Assembly: GCA_002633005.1 (NCBI GenBank)
Contig: NMRA01000047.1
Coordinates: 955,326 to 1,019,325 of the forward strand
Source: Phoronis australis
Lineage: Eukaryota > Animalia > Phoronida
Length of the DNA stretch: 64,000 nucleotides
Direction: 5' to 3'
This document shows positions 43,598 through 55,329 of the stretch, piece by piece. The position numbers and the translations under genes are program-made. The notes beneath the pieces were generated by a model. It searched no databases. It worked only from the letters and a program-made list of their open reading frames with translations, and was not told the origin of the DNA. Every line of letters starts with the position of its first letter. Position 1 is the stretch's first letter.

Positions 43598-45448
43598 TCT
43601 TGCCAGAAAGGCATCACCAGTGTATTGCATCTATGGGCCGGATTATAATGGAGAATTTTAGAGCAGCCTCACCGCAAGCTGAGAGGTTCGCATTTTCTTC
43701 ATTTAATGCAAGTGAGAGATAAATTGCGGTTGATATCAATCTTTAAGTGGTTCAACAGTTTTCTACTTGGTTTTCAAGGATGATGAATGGTGTGGAAATG
43801 AACAGCAGGCACTAATTTATTTTGCTTGAACAATGTTGCCTAAACATTAATCCTACAAAAGGAAAAACTAGACAAAAATTAGGAAATTCAACTTTGCTCT
43901 ACTGCCTCTTTAGTTTAAGCCCAGACAAACTAACTGCAAAAACACCAGACAACCACCAGTGCATTATTTTTTGTAAGATAAAACACATCTTCCGTTCACG
44001 TTGGAGATAATGAAGTTTGACAGAAATGTTCAGGTAATACTCAGAATTTGTCTTGCTAAAACAGGACTCTGGTCGATGATTGGCCAATCTGAAATTGATA
44101 GTCATGAACATCATGGGAAAAGACTTGAGTGAGTTATGAGATGGAAAATTGAGAGTGATGACTGTTGGTTCTTTAACAAATTCTTTTCCTTAAAGTTTTT
44201 GACTTCACAACAACAGATTCCAAACATAATAAAAACACAGGCTGAACTAACTTCAATCATGATTAAGACATATAACAAAACAGTTGCATATTTCTAATAT
44301 TCAGCTGAAGTATTCTCCTACGGGTTCAGGTCCAGTCTGGGATCAAGTTACATGACCTGGAAACCATGATTAACTTTCTTAGGGAGCATAATCTCAGTAT
44401 GTAGCTTCCTACAGATGGAATGTAGGATACTTCTAATGTTAAGCGCTCACTTGGTGAAACAGAATAAGAATTTAAATGTGAGGTGGATGAGGAAACCAAG
44501 ACCCTGATGCCTATTACACCAACGCACAGTAAATGATAAATCATTAAAAGTCCCTTGAGGAATCAGACAATAAAAAAGTGGTCATCAAATCAGAAAACTT
44601 TGAACAACTTAAGAACTGTAAGCCGAAGCGAGAAAATAGTCACACAAAACAGATAGCCCGTGAGGATATCTATCTACACAGCAGATTTGAAAAGGTACAA
44701 TCAATAAATTGAATATTTTGCTTTGTTGAAAATTCTCAGAATTGTGATAATTACTCCGCATATAGTAGAATTTACGCAGTTTCCGATTATTTCAAAAAGG
44801 ACAGTTAACTTCTCTGGAAAACAACGCATGCATAATGAATCACAGAATTTCAATGTTCTATCAAGTATCTACTCATCACTACGGTGATACAAAGAAGAGG
44901 ATTGACAAATTCTAACTAAACTTCTGATTTTGGTAGAAATTCAGGAAGTCTGTTGCACATAACTTTATTACAGAATAGAAATTTGTAAACTTGGTCGTGG
45001 TAATTGTTAGTGCGCATTTATCATAAAAGGCAATTACTTTCAACACCAACAGCTAAGACAGTGAAGACGAATCCCCACCGGGTTCCAGTTTGATCACTTA
45101 CATAAACCCGAAATTCACAATCTGAGTCTGAAGATAATGTAATGAAAATGGGCATTGACAACTTTGTCCTAACTTTTTAAAACAAACAAATGAAAGCAAA
45201 AATTCAACTGGGAACCCAGTGATGATCTCTGGAACTATTTTAATGACCTGGATTTCTTGGTTTCAACTTTTTAGGTTGATATTGTCAACCAGACAATTTT
45301 CCTTGTGTTGAAGGCAAACTCCTTTTCTTTTTATCACCTAGAGTTTGATGTTTCGCCTCTCCTGTGCGTACCAATTTATTCAGAGCTGTTCATAAGAACA
45401 ACCCTCGTTTATATGAACAACATTCAACGGTTTCTTTACTCTTTCCAG

Positions 45449-47382
45449 ACAATTTCCTCTTCGACCCTCACCTATGCGTGGCGTGGTTCACCTGCGATGT
45501 GCTCATGTGTACAGCATCCATCTGGCACATGTGTACCATGTCAATGGACCGCTTCCTCACCCTGCGTTACCCCATGCGTTATGGCCGCAACAAGACCAAA
45601 AGCACTGTTGTGATCAAGATCCTCTGCGTTTGGCTCATCTCCGTTCTCATCACAAGCCCCATCACTATCATGGGCTTCATGGACACCAACAATGTGTACA
45701 ACAGCACTACAAAAGTGTGTGCTCCGCAAGTCAGTAACTATGTCATCTACGCCTCCATCTTTGCCTTCTTTGTTCCACTAGCCATCATGGTTGTCACTTA
45801 CATACTCACTATACGTATCCTCAACAATAACCGCAAGCTGGCCCAAGCCATGGGACGGCACAGAAAGTTCTCTAAGGGATCGTTGGTGACCAACGGTCAC
45901 TCCAACTCCATGTCAGAAACAACGTGCGCTCAGCTAAACCGCTCACGTCGTGGGAGCACCAACTTACCATTAGATGGGAATCCTGTGGAAACTGAAGAAA
46001 AGTCACGAGAAGTGAATATCAGACCAACTTCTCTGTCCGACAGTGTCGAACAAGAGTTGGCTCGTCCACTGGTAAAGAGTGAGCCGAATAGTACTGTGAG
46101 CCAAGGATCAGTGAACAGCCTCAGTACAAGCAAATCCGACCGCACATTCCATGATTCCGATGATTCAATCGACATGAAGCAGATTTCCCTAAGTGTCAAC
46201 AATCTGAGAGAGACAGATATTCTGTTAGCCTTTGCTCGTGTTAAAAGCTGCCCAGTACTATATTCGGATGACGAAAATGAACTGATTCAGTTGAAACAAG
46301 ACATAACCCTGGAGGAGAAGAATAACGCTCAGTTAGTAAATGACAAAGAAGCAGTGGCTAGCACCTCAAACAATCTAAAACATGATAACGCTTTTGGAAA
46401 TCATCATGAACATCAGACGGCTTCAACTTTTTCCGAGCAAGTGGCTCTGCCAAAAAATAATTCAGAAAAAGATTTGCTTGAGTGGTTAGAAATGCCAAAG
46501 ATGGAGAGAGTTCACAGCATGATTGCAGAAGACATGTCAGAGTCTTATCAGGAAAGCCAAGATTTTGTGCCAACATGTATTGACGATTTCAAAAAAGAAA
46601 TAAATGACAATCTCAAAGAAATACGTGACCAAAATGCAGAAAGAACAAATGGTCACGCGATTGGAATAAAAATGAATAGGTTGGATATGGCAGCTGAAAA
46701 CAGATGGCACATGCCTGAAGTGAGCATTCCCGTAGTCAAGGTGTCGTACCACAAGGACGGTGTAACAACTAGAATGCACAAAACTCAGTGTAAACAATAC
46801 AGGACGTCAATATGTACAATGCAGCCAGTGCAATACGAGTTCAACAAAAATTACCTTCAACTTCCCAAGCCATCACAATCAAACTTTATCTGCAAGCTGA
46901 ATCGTCAAAACGATCTGAAAAAGCCATCCTTGTGGAATGGTTTAGAAACGTACACGGAGAAAAACGGCATCAAACACATGGACTCTCCACGGACCATGAG
47001 CCTGATGCGGCGGGTGAGGCGGGTGCGTGCAACGACACGACGCCTTCTACTCACCCGCGCGCACCAGTCGAATGAGCAGAAGGCATCCAAAGTGCTTGGT
47101 ATTATCTTCGCTGTCTTTGTCATCCTCTGGACGCCATTCTTCATTGTCAACCTCCTCGGTGGATTTTGCGAAGAGTGCATGAACAACATCTCGCCGGATG
47201 TCCTGACTCTACTGCTCTGGCTCGGTTACGTTGCGTCGCTGGCCAATCCCATCATCTACACGTGTTTCAATACATCATTTAGACGGGCATTCCTTCGCAT
47301 CCTGAAGTGTTACTATTTCAAGCATCAGACGCCGTCCTATCACAGCAGCTCATATGTCGACCGTTTCCCAGAAAAACGCTAA
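45449..47382 (+). CDS. HTR2: 5-HT2-type serotonin receptor, second coding exon: TM3-TM7 and C-terminus
   Basis: Acceptor TTTCTTTACTCTTTCCAG| at 45448; G+AC=Asp joins exon 1 in frame (469+1934=2403 nt, 800 aa). TM3 CDVLMCTASIWH..DRF (Asp3.32), TM5 FAFFVPL, 5-HT2-like SNEQKASKVLGI before TM6 WTPFFIVN, TM7 WLGY..SLANPIIY. Confidence 0.93.
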
Positions 47383-47567
47383 ACGACCGCTTGAATTAAG
47401 CCATCAGTATTCTGATTACAAGCATTACCGATGAAACATGGAAATACTTTCGTGGAAACACAAATGTGTGTGAGAAACAGACAACATTTGCTGTTATTGT
47501 TAACATGAGCCTAATGGCTTCTGTCAGCAAGCCATTCTGATCCATGGATCAATTTTGTTTTAATTTC

Positions 47568-47590
47568 AATAAAATTGTTTTTTTAATAAA
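47568..47590 (+). terminator. Candidate polyadenylation signals of the receptor gene
   Basis: AATAAA at 47568-47573 and 47585-47590, ~190 nt after the stop codon. Confidence 0.5.
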
Positions 47591-47891
47591 AAGTAAATGT
47601 CATTAGTTCAAGATAATTAGTTTCCAGTATCAATTAACAACAGAAATTCACATGCCATTAGCCATGTGAACATTGGCAGTTATAGCAGAGCAAGTTCCCC
47701 TGGGAGTAAAGTACCCTCAATCATCCGAGTGTCCACATGACAAATCAGCCACTGGTGCCAAGAACAATTCAGTTGCTCACTGCTTGTGACACAGGAGGAA
47801 AGAAAAGAGCCCATTTGACCTAAGTCGTCCAATTGCACAACTCGTAGTAACTTCCTCTTCCACACCTTTTCAGTCCACACAGCACTTGCGC

Positions 47892-48272
47892 CAGGGCAAG
47901 TTGACATTGTGGCAAATTGACCAGAGTGAGTTGACAGTCGCGAAGGTCAACCTGAAGGCGGGGGGGGGNNNNNNNNNNNNNNNNNNNNNNNNNNNNNNNN
48001 NNNNNNNNNNNNNNNNNNNNNNNNNNNNNNNNNNNNNNNNNNNNNNNNNNNNNNNNNNNNNNNNNNNNNNNNNNNNNNNNNNNNNNNNNNNNNNNNNNNN
48101 NNNNNNNNNNNNNNNNNNNNNNNNNNNNNNNNNNNNNNNNNNNNNNGGGGCAAGTTGATGGGGGGGGGAAGTTGATGAGGGGGGCAAGTTGACGGGGAGT
48201 TGGAGGGGGGACAAATTGACAGGGGGCAAGTTGACTGGGGCGCAAATAGACTGAGGGCAAGTTGACCAGGGT
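47892..48272. repeat. G-rich array of GGGCAAGTTGAC-like motifs on both sides of the gap
   Basis: Variants gggcaagttgac / ggcaaattgac / ggaagttgat recur left and right of the Ns. Confidence 0.75.
47969..48146. other. Assembly gap (178 N)
   Basis: Run of N flanked by G tracts. Confidence 0.99.
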
Positions 48273-51200
48273 ACGCGCTTTACTCAATGAGGTGGCTAAA
48301 TTGTGAAGTTGTATCAGCCTGTTTTTCATCCACAGAGACTTGTGCCAAATCCTCTTGCTCCTGGGGCACATTGCATTGGACACAACTGGTCTTTCTTGAC
48401 GCATACTAATCAAAATTACCTTTAGTTCCTAGTAAAATGAGAATGCTTTGCACCCTCCAGATGGGCGATTACTAAATGAAGTATCAGCTAATCACAAGCA
48501 CTACTGGGCACCCAACTGTGACCAAAGGTAAATGGCATACACTCAGAAATAACAAACAGATAGAAGTGAAATTCTGACATCAACATATAATGGGAATCAG
48601 ACCTCAGTACCTAAAGGTTACTCAGCCACTACCAACAAGAGAAGTACAAACAAAAAATAAAATGATCTCATTTATTTTCAGGGCATAACACCAAGTAAGA
48701 AAAATCTTTTCTAAAAATCTATTCAATGATGAATCGATGGGTTATTTATGATACAATTTAATTCACTTAGTGTCATTTTTACTGTTTACATGCCCTTGAC
48801 TCCTAAACAGTAACTACTTTTCAAGTAGGTATTTGAGACACTATGAGATTCATAAAACTCTGTACAGTAAACTTTGGGGGTAACTGATCGCGAGGTCCCA
48901 CACACATTAAACCAAATTCACAAACAAAAAATTCAAGGTGGCGCCAAGCGATACAAAACTGACAAACGAGACTGAAAAATATCGTCAAAGTTTTAATTGG
49001 TTTTGACAAAGTCTTCATTTGAGCATACTGACATAATGTAAGAAGCGGACAAAAGACCGGCTAATCCAGCTACAGTTAAGCCTGCAAGCTAAATTCAAGG
49101 TTATTTCTACTACCATAAAAATGTGTTGGTGGATCAAGAATCACATGCACTATTCATTGTTTTATTCAACAAGTTCAAAGAGAATTTTTGTCACTGTTGT
49201 GAAGCAGCTCCAAGAAGCAATGATGACAATTCTAGACATGAAATGATCACAAATATTTTATGCCAACTGTTTCATGAAAGTGATTGAAACCAATGAAAAT
49301 TGAAAAGGTTACTGCCCCGAACCAATAGACAGCAGGCAACACCAAAGTTTCTTTGAACTGCTGAAAAACAAATGAATGCCTGCGGAGACAGTAATGCAAG
49401 GTGCAACTGTTCTACAAAGGGGCTTGATTAACAAAATGTTAACAAAATCAGCTAAATTAGCCGACTCTTCTGCACATTTGTTATTCACAAGCTATGCCCG
49501 AGAAAAAAGGTATTCCGGCCACTGTAGACAATGCAAACCACAAGCTCAGGTGATTTTCAATAGTTTCACGCAAAGAGTACAAGCAAGATTTTTGTAATCG
49601 ATTAAAGGTAAAAAAGAAAAAATACAGTTACTACACTTGGGCGTATTGACAATGATGTGGTTTAGATTTAGATTTAGAACAATTATGTTAGAGTTAAGTC
49701 TAGGGTACCTTTCCCCAGTGCAAGTTCTGGTGCTGATGCAAACCTGCAGGCAAGGCGGAAGTAATTACCAGCTTTGGGCTTGCTCAGTTACATTCATCCA
49801 GGATGTCTAATCATTTTTGGTCATGTTTATTCCTAAGGTGTAGGGTATGAAGTGTGGACCATAGATTGAATAGGATTGGGGCTACGATGGTGCAGGCTAA
49901 CTCTTAGGGCAGAGTAACATTGTATGGACTCTCAAAGCTGTAGTATTTGCTAAACATGTTTAGTCTATCAGTACCATGTGTGCGCAAACGTAGGACCACA
50001 CAATAAGACATTACCCTAGGCAAAACTTAGTTCTGAATATTACCAACTCAGATTTCAGTTCAGGAATTTATTTGGCTCGACAACCAAGTCACCTGCGAAA
50101 CTCAACTCGTGTGCTTGAAAAGCTGACGACAGGTAAGGCAAGAAGCTAGTCAGTGTATCCATGTGCTAAATTAACCTGGATATCTGCACAGGTAATTAAT
50201 AACGGTCCTGCATTATGTAAAGCCATCCTTTGGAAGACAGCAGGTATGCTGAAATGTACTACAGATAGACATGCTTGAGTTATTGCATAGCAGGTTGCCT
50301 ACCCCAAGAGTTGGTCAGAGTTGTGTAGACAACACATTCATCACTTCCCTAGGTATACTGTAGTTCATCCTATATATTAATACCGTAAGCACAGTGCTAT
50401 TTTAGCCACAGAGGCTCCAAGACGCCGGACTGATCGCGCCAAAACTCTACATGCCCCTACTATGGACCACTGAGACATGCTCAATTCACCTTTAGTCAGG
50501 ACTTCGGAAAAACAGCTGTTATTTCATTTCTCCTAACACCATACCTTGCAAATAGGCCAGACCAATGTGATATACCATCAGCACAATGACAACATCAATC
50601 CCTGACTAATAACAGTCAAATACACATCAGCAAGGCATTAACATTATGCAACATACTACAACAAAACCTCACTGAAATCTTGGGCTTGGTTTGTATTCCT
50701 GTAATTCCTGTGGTCAAAAACCAGTGTTACTGTATATATGTACTTATTTACTTGCAAGTCAGCTCTTTTCGTTTGGACATGTGAGTGCTAAACACAACTT
50801 ATGTCATATCTGCAATTCACCATAGTAACTCCCAGACTTTAACAGCCACAACTTCTCTCAAATTTCTCTCAAATTTCTCTCAAGATAAGTGGATTAAACT
50901 ACACCGACAACTTCTCTTCAAAGAGAAGGGTTAACTTAACTCCGATGGGAGTAATTGCTAGAAGTGCCAGGATGCAACACCTGTGCTCAGTGGATAATGT
51001 GAATCAAGTATGCCACCTGGTGTTTAATCCCAAGCACTACCAGAGAGGAGATAGCGAGAAGTGTATGAGGAATTGTGACGGGGTCTCGACAGGCCAGGAC
51101 TTTAATATCAAGGAAATGGCATAAGTTGTAAAATCCAGTTAAGCTGAAAAATTTGCAAACTTCAAGATGGACAAGAACAGAGTTTGTTATTTGGTTTCTT

Positions 51201-51668
51201 TTTACTCAAGCCTTGTTACTCAAACGGAATGATCACATGACCCAAATAAAGACAAACTGGAATACAGTTGAAAATCAAAGTCAACAGACTTTCTTCATTC
51301 AGAAAATATGCATTTCAAACATTTTTAAGAAAATATAATAGATTTAATTTTTAAAGTTTTGTACATGTTTGACTAAAAACACGAACTTGCAGATAAGTTT
51401 CTACATAACCTTGACAGAAACCACTTAACCATATTGCAGCATAGAGGTATTTTGTCAGGATGTGAAGAACATAGAATCGTCCCGTTGTTACCCAACAACA
51501 ACTTCACACAAAACGTTTGAATTTTCGGAAAAAATTATGTCCAGTGATCTTTTTAAATTCCAAAGAGGTTTGTCAACTATTTCCTTTTCGTAAAAATTAG
51601 TATCTGTAGCAGATTCCTGAACATCACTAAGTAAGAAAAAAACTTGTATTTAACATGACTGTTTACCG

Positions 51669-51890
51669 CACCACTGCCCGCACAACAATTCTGAATTCAT
51701 GCTGTTCTTCATCTGAACTCTTCAAGAGTCAGCAAACCAGTTTAAAGAATCTAGCCCCCAAAGGAATTTTGAAGTCATGTAGTTCACTGCACCACTGCCC
51801 GGACAACAATTCCCAACTGCTGCTGTTTCTCATCTGAAGTCTTGGAGGGTCAGCAAACCAGTTCAAGGAATCTAGCACCCTAAGGAATTT
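51669..51890. repeat. Diverged tandem duplication, ~120-bp period x2
   Basis: caccactgccc..acaacaatt..catctgaa..gtcagcaaaccagtt..gaatctagc..aaggaattt occurs twice. Confidence 0.88.
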
Positions 51891-52288
51891 ATAAGAGTCT
51901 CCTAATTAACGCAACAATAAATTGTCTGCTTGAATGACCATAATTCCAGTTAACTCAGTAGAAAGAATGGACATGTTTTACAGAAGGCAGCTGACATTTT
52001 GCCAAAATAAAAGAGAGAGATGTAAGTACCAGTCATCAGCTGGAGATTAATTCAAATTTCAGCGCATTAATTAGATCAACCTGGGAAAAAATGTCCGGAA
52101 CAGCAGAGTAATTCCCAAGGCTTATATAGCAAGAGTTGAACTTCATTACCATCTCATCTGACTTAACGATGTAAGGGAGGAGACAGTGCTTGACACAGCA
52201 GGATGAGCCACCTCCACGGAGACGTGTCACTTTTCGCTTTTAGTGTACGAAAGAGAAGTGTATAAAACGCTGAAAATATGAAGATTTC

Positions 52289-52538
52289 ACCAAACACGGG
52301 TAAAAAACGCGCAGTTGCTACTCTAAAGGAAAAGGTTTATGACGTGCATTGCGGTGAGGCAAAGCAGTAACAACTGGTGCGCCATCTGGAGGCAAATGTC
52401 AGAAGAAATGCAACGATAACCAAACACGGGTAAAAAATACACAGTTGCTACTCTAAAAGAAAAGGTTTGTGATGTGCACTGAGGTGAGGCAAAGCAGTAA
52501 GTAAGAACTGATGCGCCACCTGGGGGAAAATGTCAGAA
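52289..52538. repeat. Diverged tandem duplication, ~130-bp period x2
   Basis: accaaacacgggtaaaaaa..cagttgctactctaaa..ggtgaggcaaagcagtaa..tgcgcca..aaatgtcagaa occurs twice. Confidence 0.9.
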
Positions 52539-55264
52539 CAGTGGATATCAGCAGAAGAGCTATAATTATCAAGTAAATATCTGTGTATGAATACCACTGA
52601 TTTGAATGTACTTAACAAGCCCACTTTCATACATTGTGTTATCATAGCTTCCATAATAAGAACAAAATAATCACAAAGGTAGTCTATTGTATTGTGAACG
52701 TGTTTCTTTTCACCAGATGTCCAAAATGTGTCTCTCAAAAACAACAGATTAAGCAAAAAACAAATTGTTTTCGTCTATGCCCGACTCATTTTGAAAACCT
52801 CTGCCTTATTGCTTAAAGAAAAAAGAATGATCCTAACCCAATCAGTTGACATTTGGCGACGCTTGAAAAAACAAAGGCTCCCAGCCCAATTCAGCTGGCA
52901 TTAGGTGACACGGAGAAAAAATACAGATCTCGACCCATTTTAACTGGCATTAGCATACTTTTTCTTTTCGATAATATTGACAACTAAACAAATATACTGC
53001 ATATCGGAGTCAATTTTTCGACAAAGCACAGAATCAATTATGCTATTTTCTTTGGCCTTACCAACAATAACAAAAACCAGGGTAGCATTCAATAATGCTA
53101 GGACCTTGCTAGAAAAGCAAGACTTCGTGAGATTACGCAACATATTGCCATGTATTTTAAATGAAAGCACGATTTTGGCTACATTTTTCCTGCCGCAATA
53201 CAGCCACTGAACTCTACCCATAGCCAATTATGCTATTTCCTTTGGCCTTACCAACAAAAAAAACACAGACCCCAACTGAGTGTGCTACTTTCTTTGACCT
53301 TAGTATTACTAAAAAGACGACCATATAATCATAGTGTACAGTTTGAAAACCTCGACAGTAATTCTTCATCTATTCACCATACAATACTGCAGAAAAGGGA
53401 AATATTATTTAGTCATATTTCACACAAAAAGAAAGACAAGAAGTTTAGTCTGTCGCTAGCTTAGTTTGAACTTCCTTGTAGATGTTCTTGAACAATGTCT
53501 GGCAAAGTTTTTTAGTGTTTGTTGCATAGCAACCAACCTTTAAAAATGGAAAATGCCCAAATTTTGCCAATTATTTCTGTACGAAACAAGTGTGATGAAC
53601 TACTGTAATCTACGATAGGAGATGAATGAAGAGCCTCCCCTGAAGAATGACCTGTGAAGTTAGGCCATCAGATACATCTGAACACAGGTATTAATTAGAT
53701 TGGAATCTAATACCTATCAGTAGAACCACATGCAGAGGATTATCAATACAAGGTGACATTGCTCATCACTATATCTTGTTTCAGTAGTAGTACGTTAAAA
53801 ATTGCCTGAAATAACCCCAATATTTCTTCAGGCAAATTTTCACTAGGATCAAAGCTGTGAAAATTTATTCATGAGCTTACGGTTTGTTTATTCCATTCAA
53901 AATTCCAAGACAGATTGCTCTTGACCAATTGCAGTTTTTCCCACAGCAATCTTATTCAGTCAGCAAAAAGATCTTATCAGTGTCACAGATGTCTGACATG
54001 AACATTTTCAGTGCCTGTCAATGGGGGAAATAATTCCTACAAAAACTCTTTTCTGCAAAATTTCTGGAATTCCGAAATACATGGGAACGCTACTAGTGTT
54101 CCCATCAACACTGCACCTGGACATGCCGTAGTCTCTAGTAAAAGCATCATGCCTAGGTTTTGTTACCGGCTTGTCAGTATATAACCAGAAAACTCAAAAA
54201 AGCAATCCTTCCTTATGGTAATGAGCAAGTATTAATCTCAAGCGTGAAGAGACTTCCATGTCTCTCCGTTTCCCTTCCTGCAACGAACAGAATTCCACGT
54301 GTGTGATGAACACTTTTTACTGACACAATTATTTTAATTTTAACAACAAAATATTTTTATAACAAAAATAAGCATTCAGAGCAACGTAAAATGGAAAAAT
54401 CAAATACTTTACCTACCTAACCACCGCCAATCTCAACAAAGTGATTGGAGGGTGGTTGGATACATAAATATTTTAATATCACTCTTATTCGGCACATTTT
54501 CTACTTTACTGTTAAATCTCATCAATTTAGGACACAATATGGCTGATCATTAAAACTTTATCCCCCATTTTTTCATTGAAGGCATGTAACATCAAATCAA
54601 TGATTAGCTATGGGTGTTCGCAGCAAAGTTAAAAACCTTAAGGAAATGAAAAACAGATCGATATTGTCGATTATTTTTGTCTGTAATCTGTGAGATTTTA
54701 CCAAACTAACGGATTATTATTGATTTACAGTAAGCAATATACAACTAGAGCTTATTAATAAGTGCAGGCATACCAGAAGAAAAGGTAGATAATTTAGTCA
54801 ATCCAATTGCTGCACTCCCAAATCATACTACCAAAAACACAGCACCTCTGTATTATCCAGGGGAAAATTAAGGGAACTACAAACGGGAACACATGGAGAC
54901 TAAAACACCAGCTCCATTAAAAATAACCAAGAGTGACGACTTATTTACTGACAACTCAACTACTCGTCCACTTAACACCTTCTCCCCTAATAATTGCAAT
55001 TAAAACATTTTTGACATTTTAGCTGGTGTTTGCACAAGTACCATCAGCATGTTTATTTTCTCGAACTTTGGTTCTGCTCTGAGAAAACCCATCTTAGGAC
55101 CCCAGACGACCTGTTCTTAGACTTAAAATAAAATGAACTGAATGTTGCCTTTTGACCATTTTAACGAACAAAACACTATTATCTAAAGTAATATTTGTCT
55201 GGAATCAGAGCCCAATCTTTAGGATCAAGGTCAGGGCGACACTAGAACGTTCAAGGTGACTAAC

Positions 55265-55329
55265 CTGAACAAGAGAAATCCGAGAGAGGTCACTGCGGCT
55301 CTTCTCACATCATCATTGACATCGCTTAC
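55265..55329 (-). CDS. PSMD1: PSMD1 internal exon (65 bp), last PSMD1 exon found in the window
   Basis: [21 protein letters not shown](R); TTCCAG acceptor, GTTAGT donor, phase 0/2; no stop codon, so the gene must continue. Confidence 0.96.

Larger units (their letters stand above)
22332..45448 (+). other. 23,117-bp phase-1 intron of the receptor gene
   Basis: GT..AG ends; the spliced protein runs continuously from TM2 through ECL1 to TM3 with no missing residues. Confidence 0.88.
1..55264 (-). other. Apparent giant PSMD1 intron (>55 kb, extends past window start) hosting the receptor gene
   Basis: GT donor at 55264-55263; the expected next peptide (TPEQCPSVVSLL..YNPHVR-like) was not found by eye in 1-55264. 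Contains an assembly gap. Confidence 0.72.

Noticed and set aside
45364-45448. N-terminal 28 aa of the 672-aa ORF as the true protein start
   Set aside because: Begins at GTG, includes the polypyrimidine tract and acceptor, and would leave a receptor lacking TM1-2, which exon 21863-22331 supplies.
47820-48413. ORFs spanning the N run
   Set aside because: Artefacts of translating Ns and G/C tracts.
53752-53768. Minus-strand DEQCH as the next PSMD1 exon (TPEQCP...)
   Set aside because: Only three residues match and the flanks are unrelated; a chance hit.
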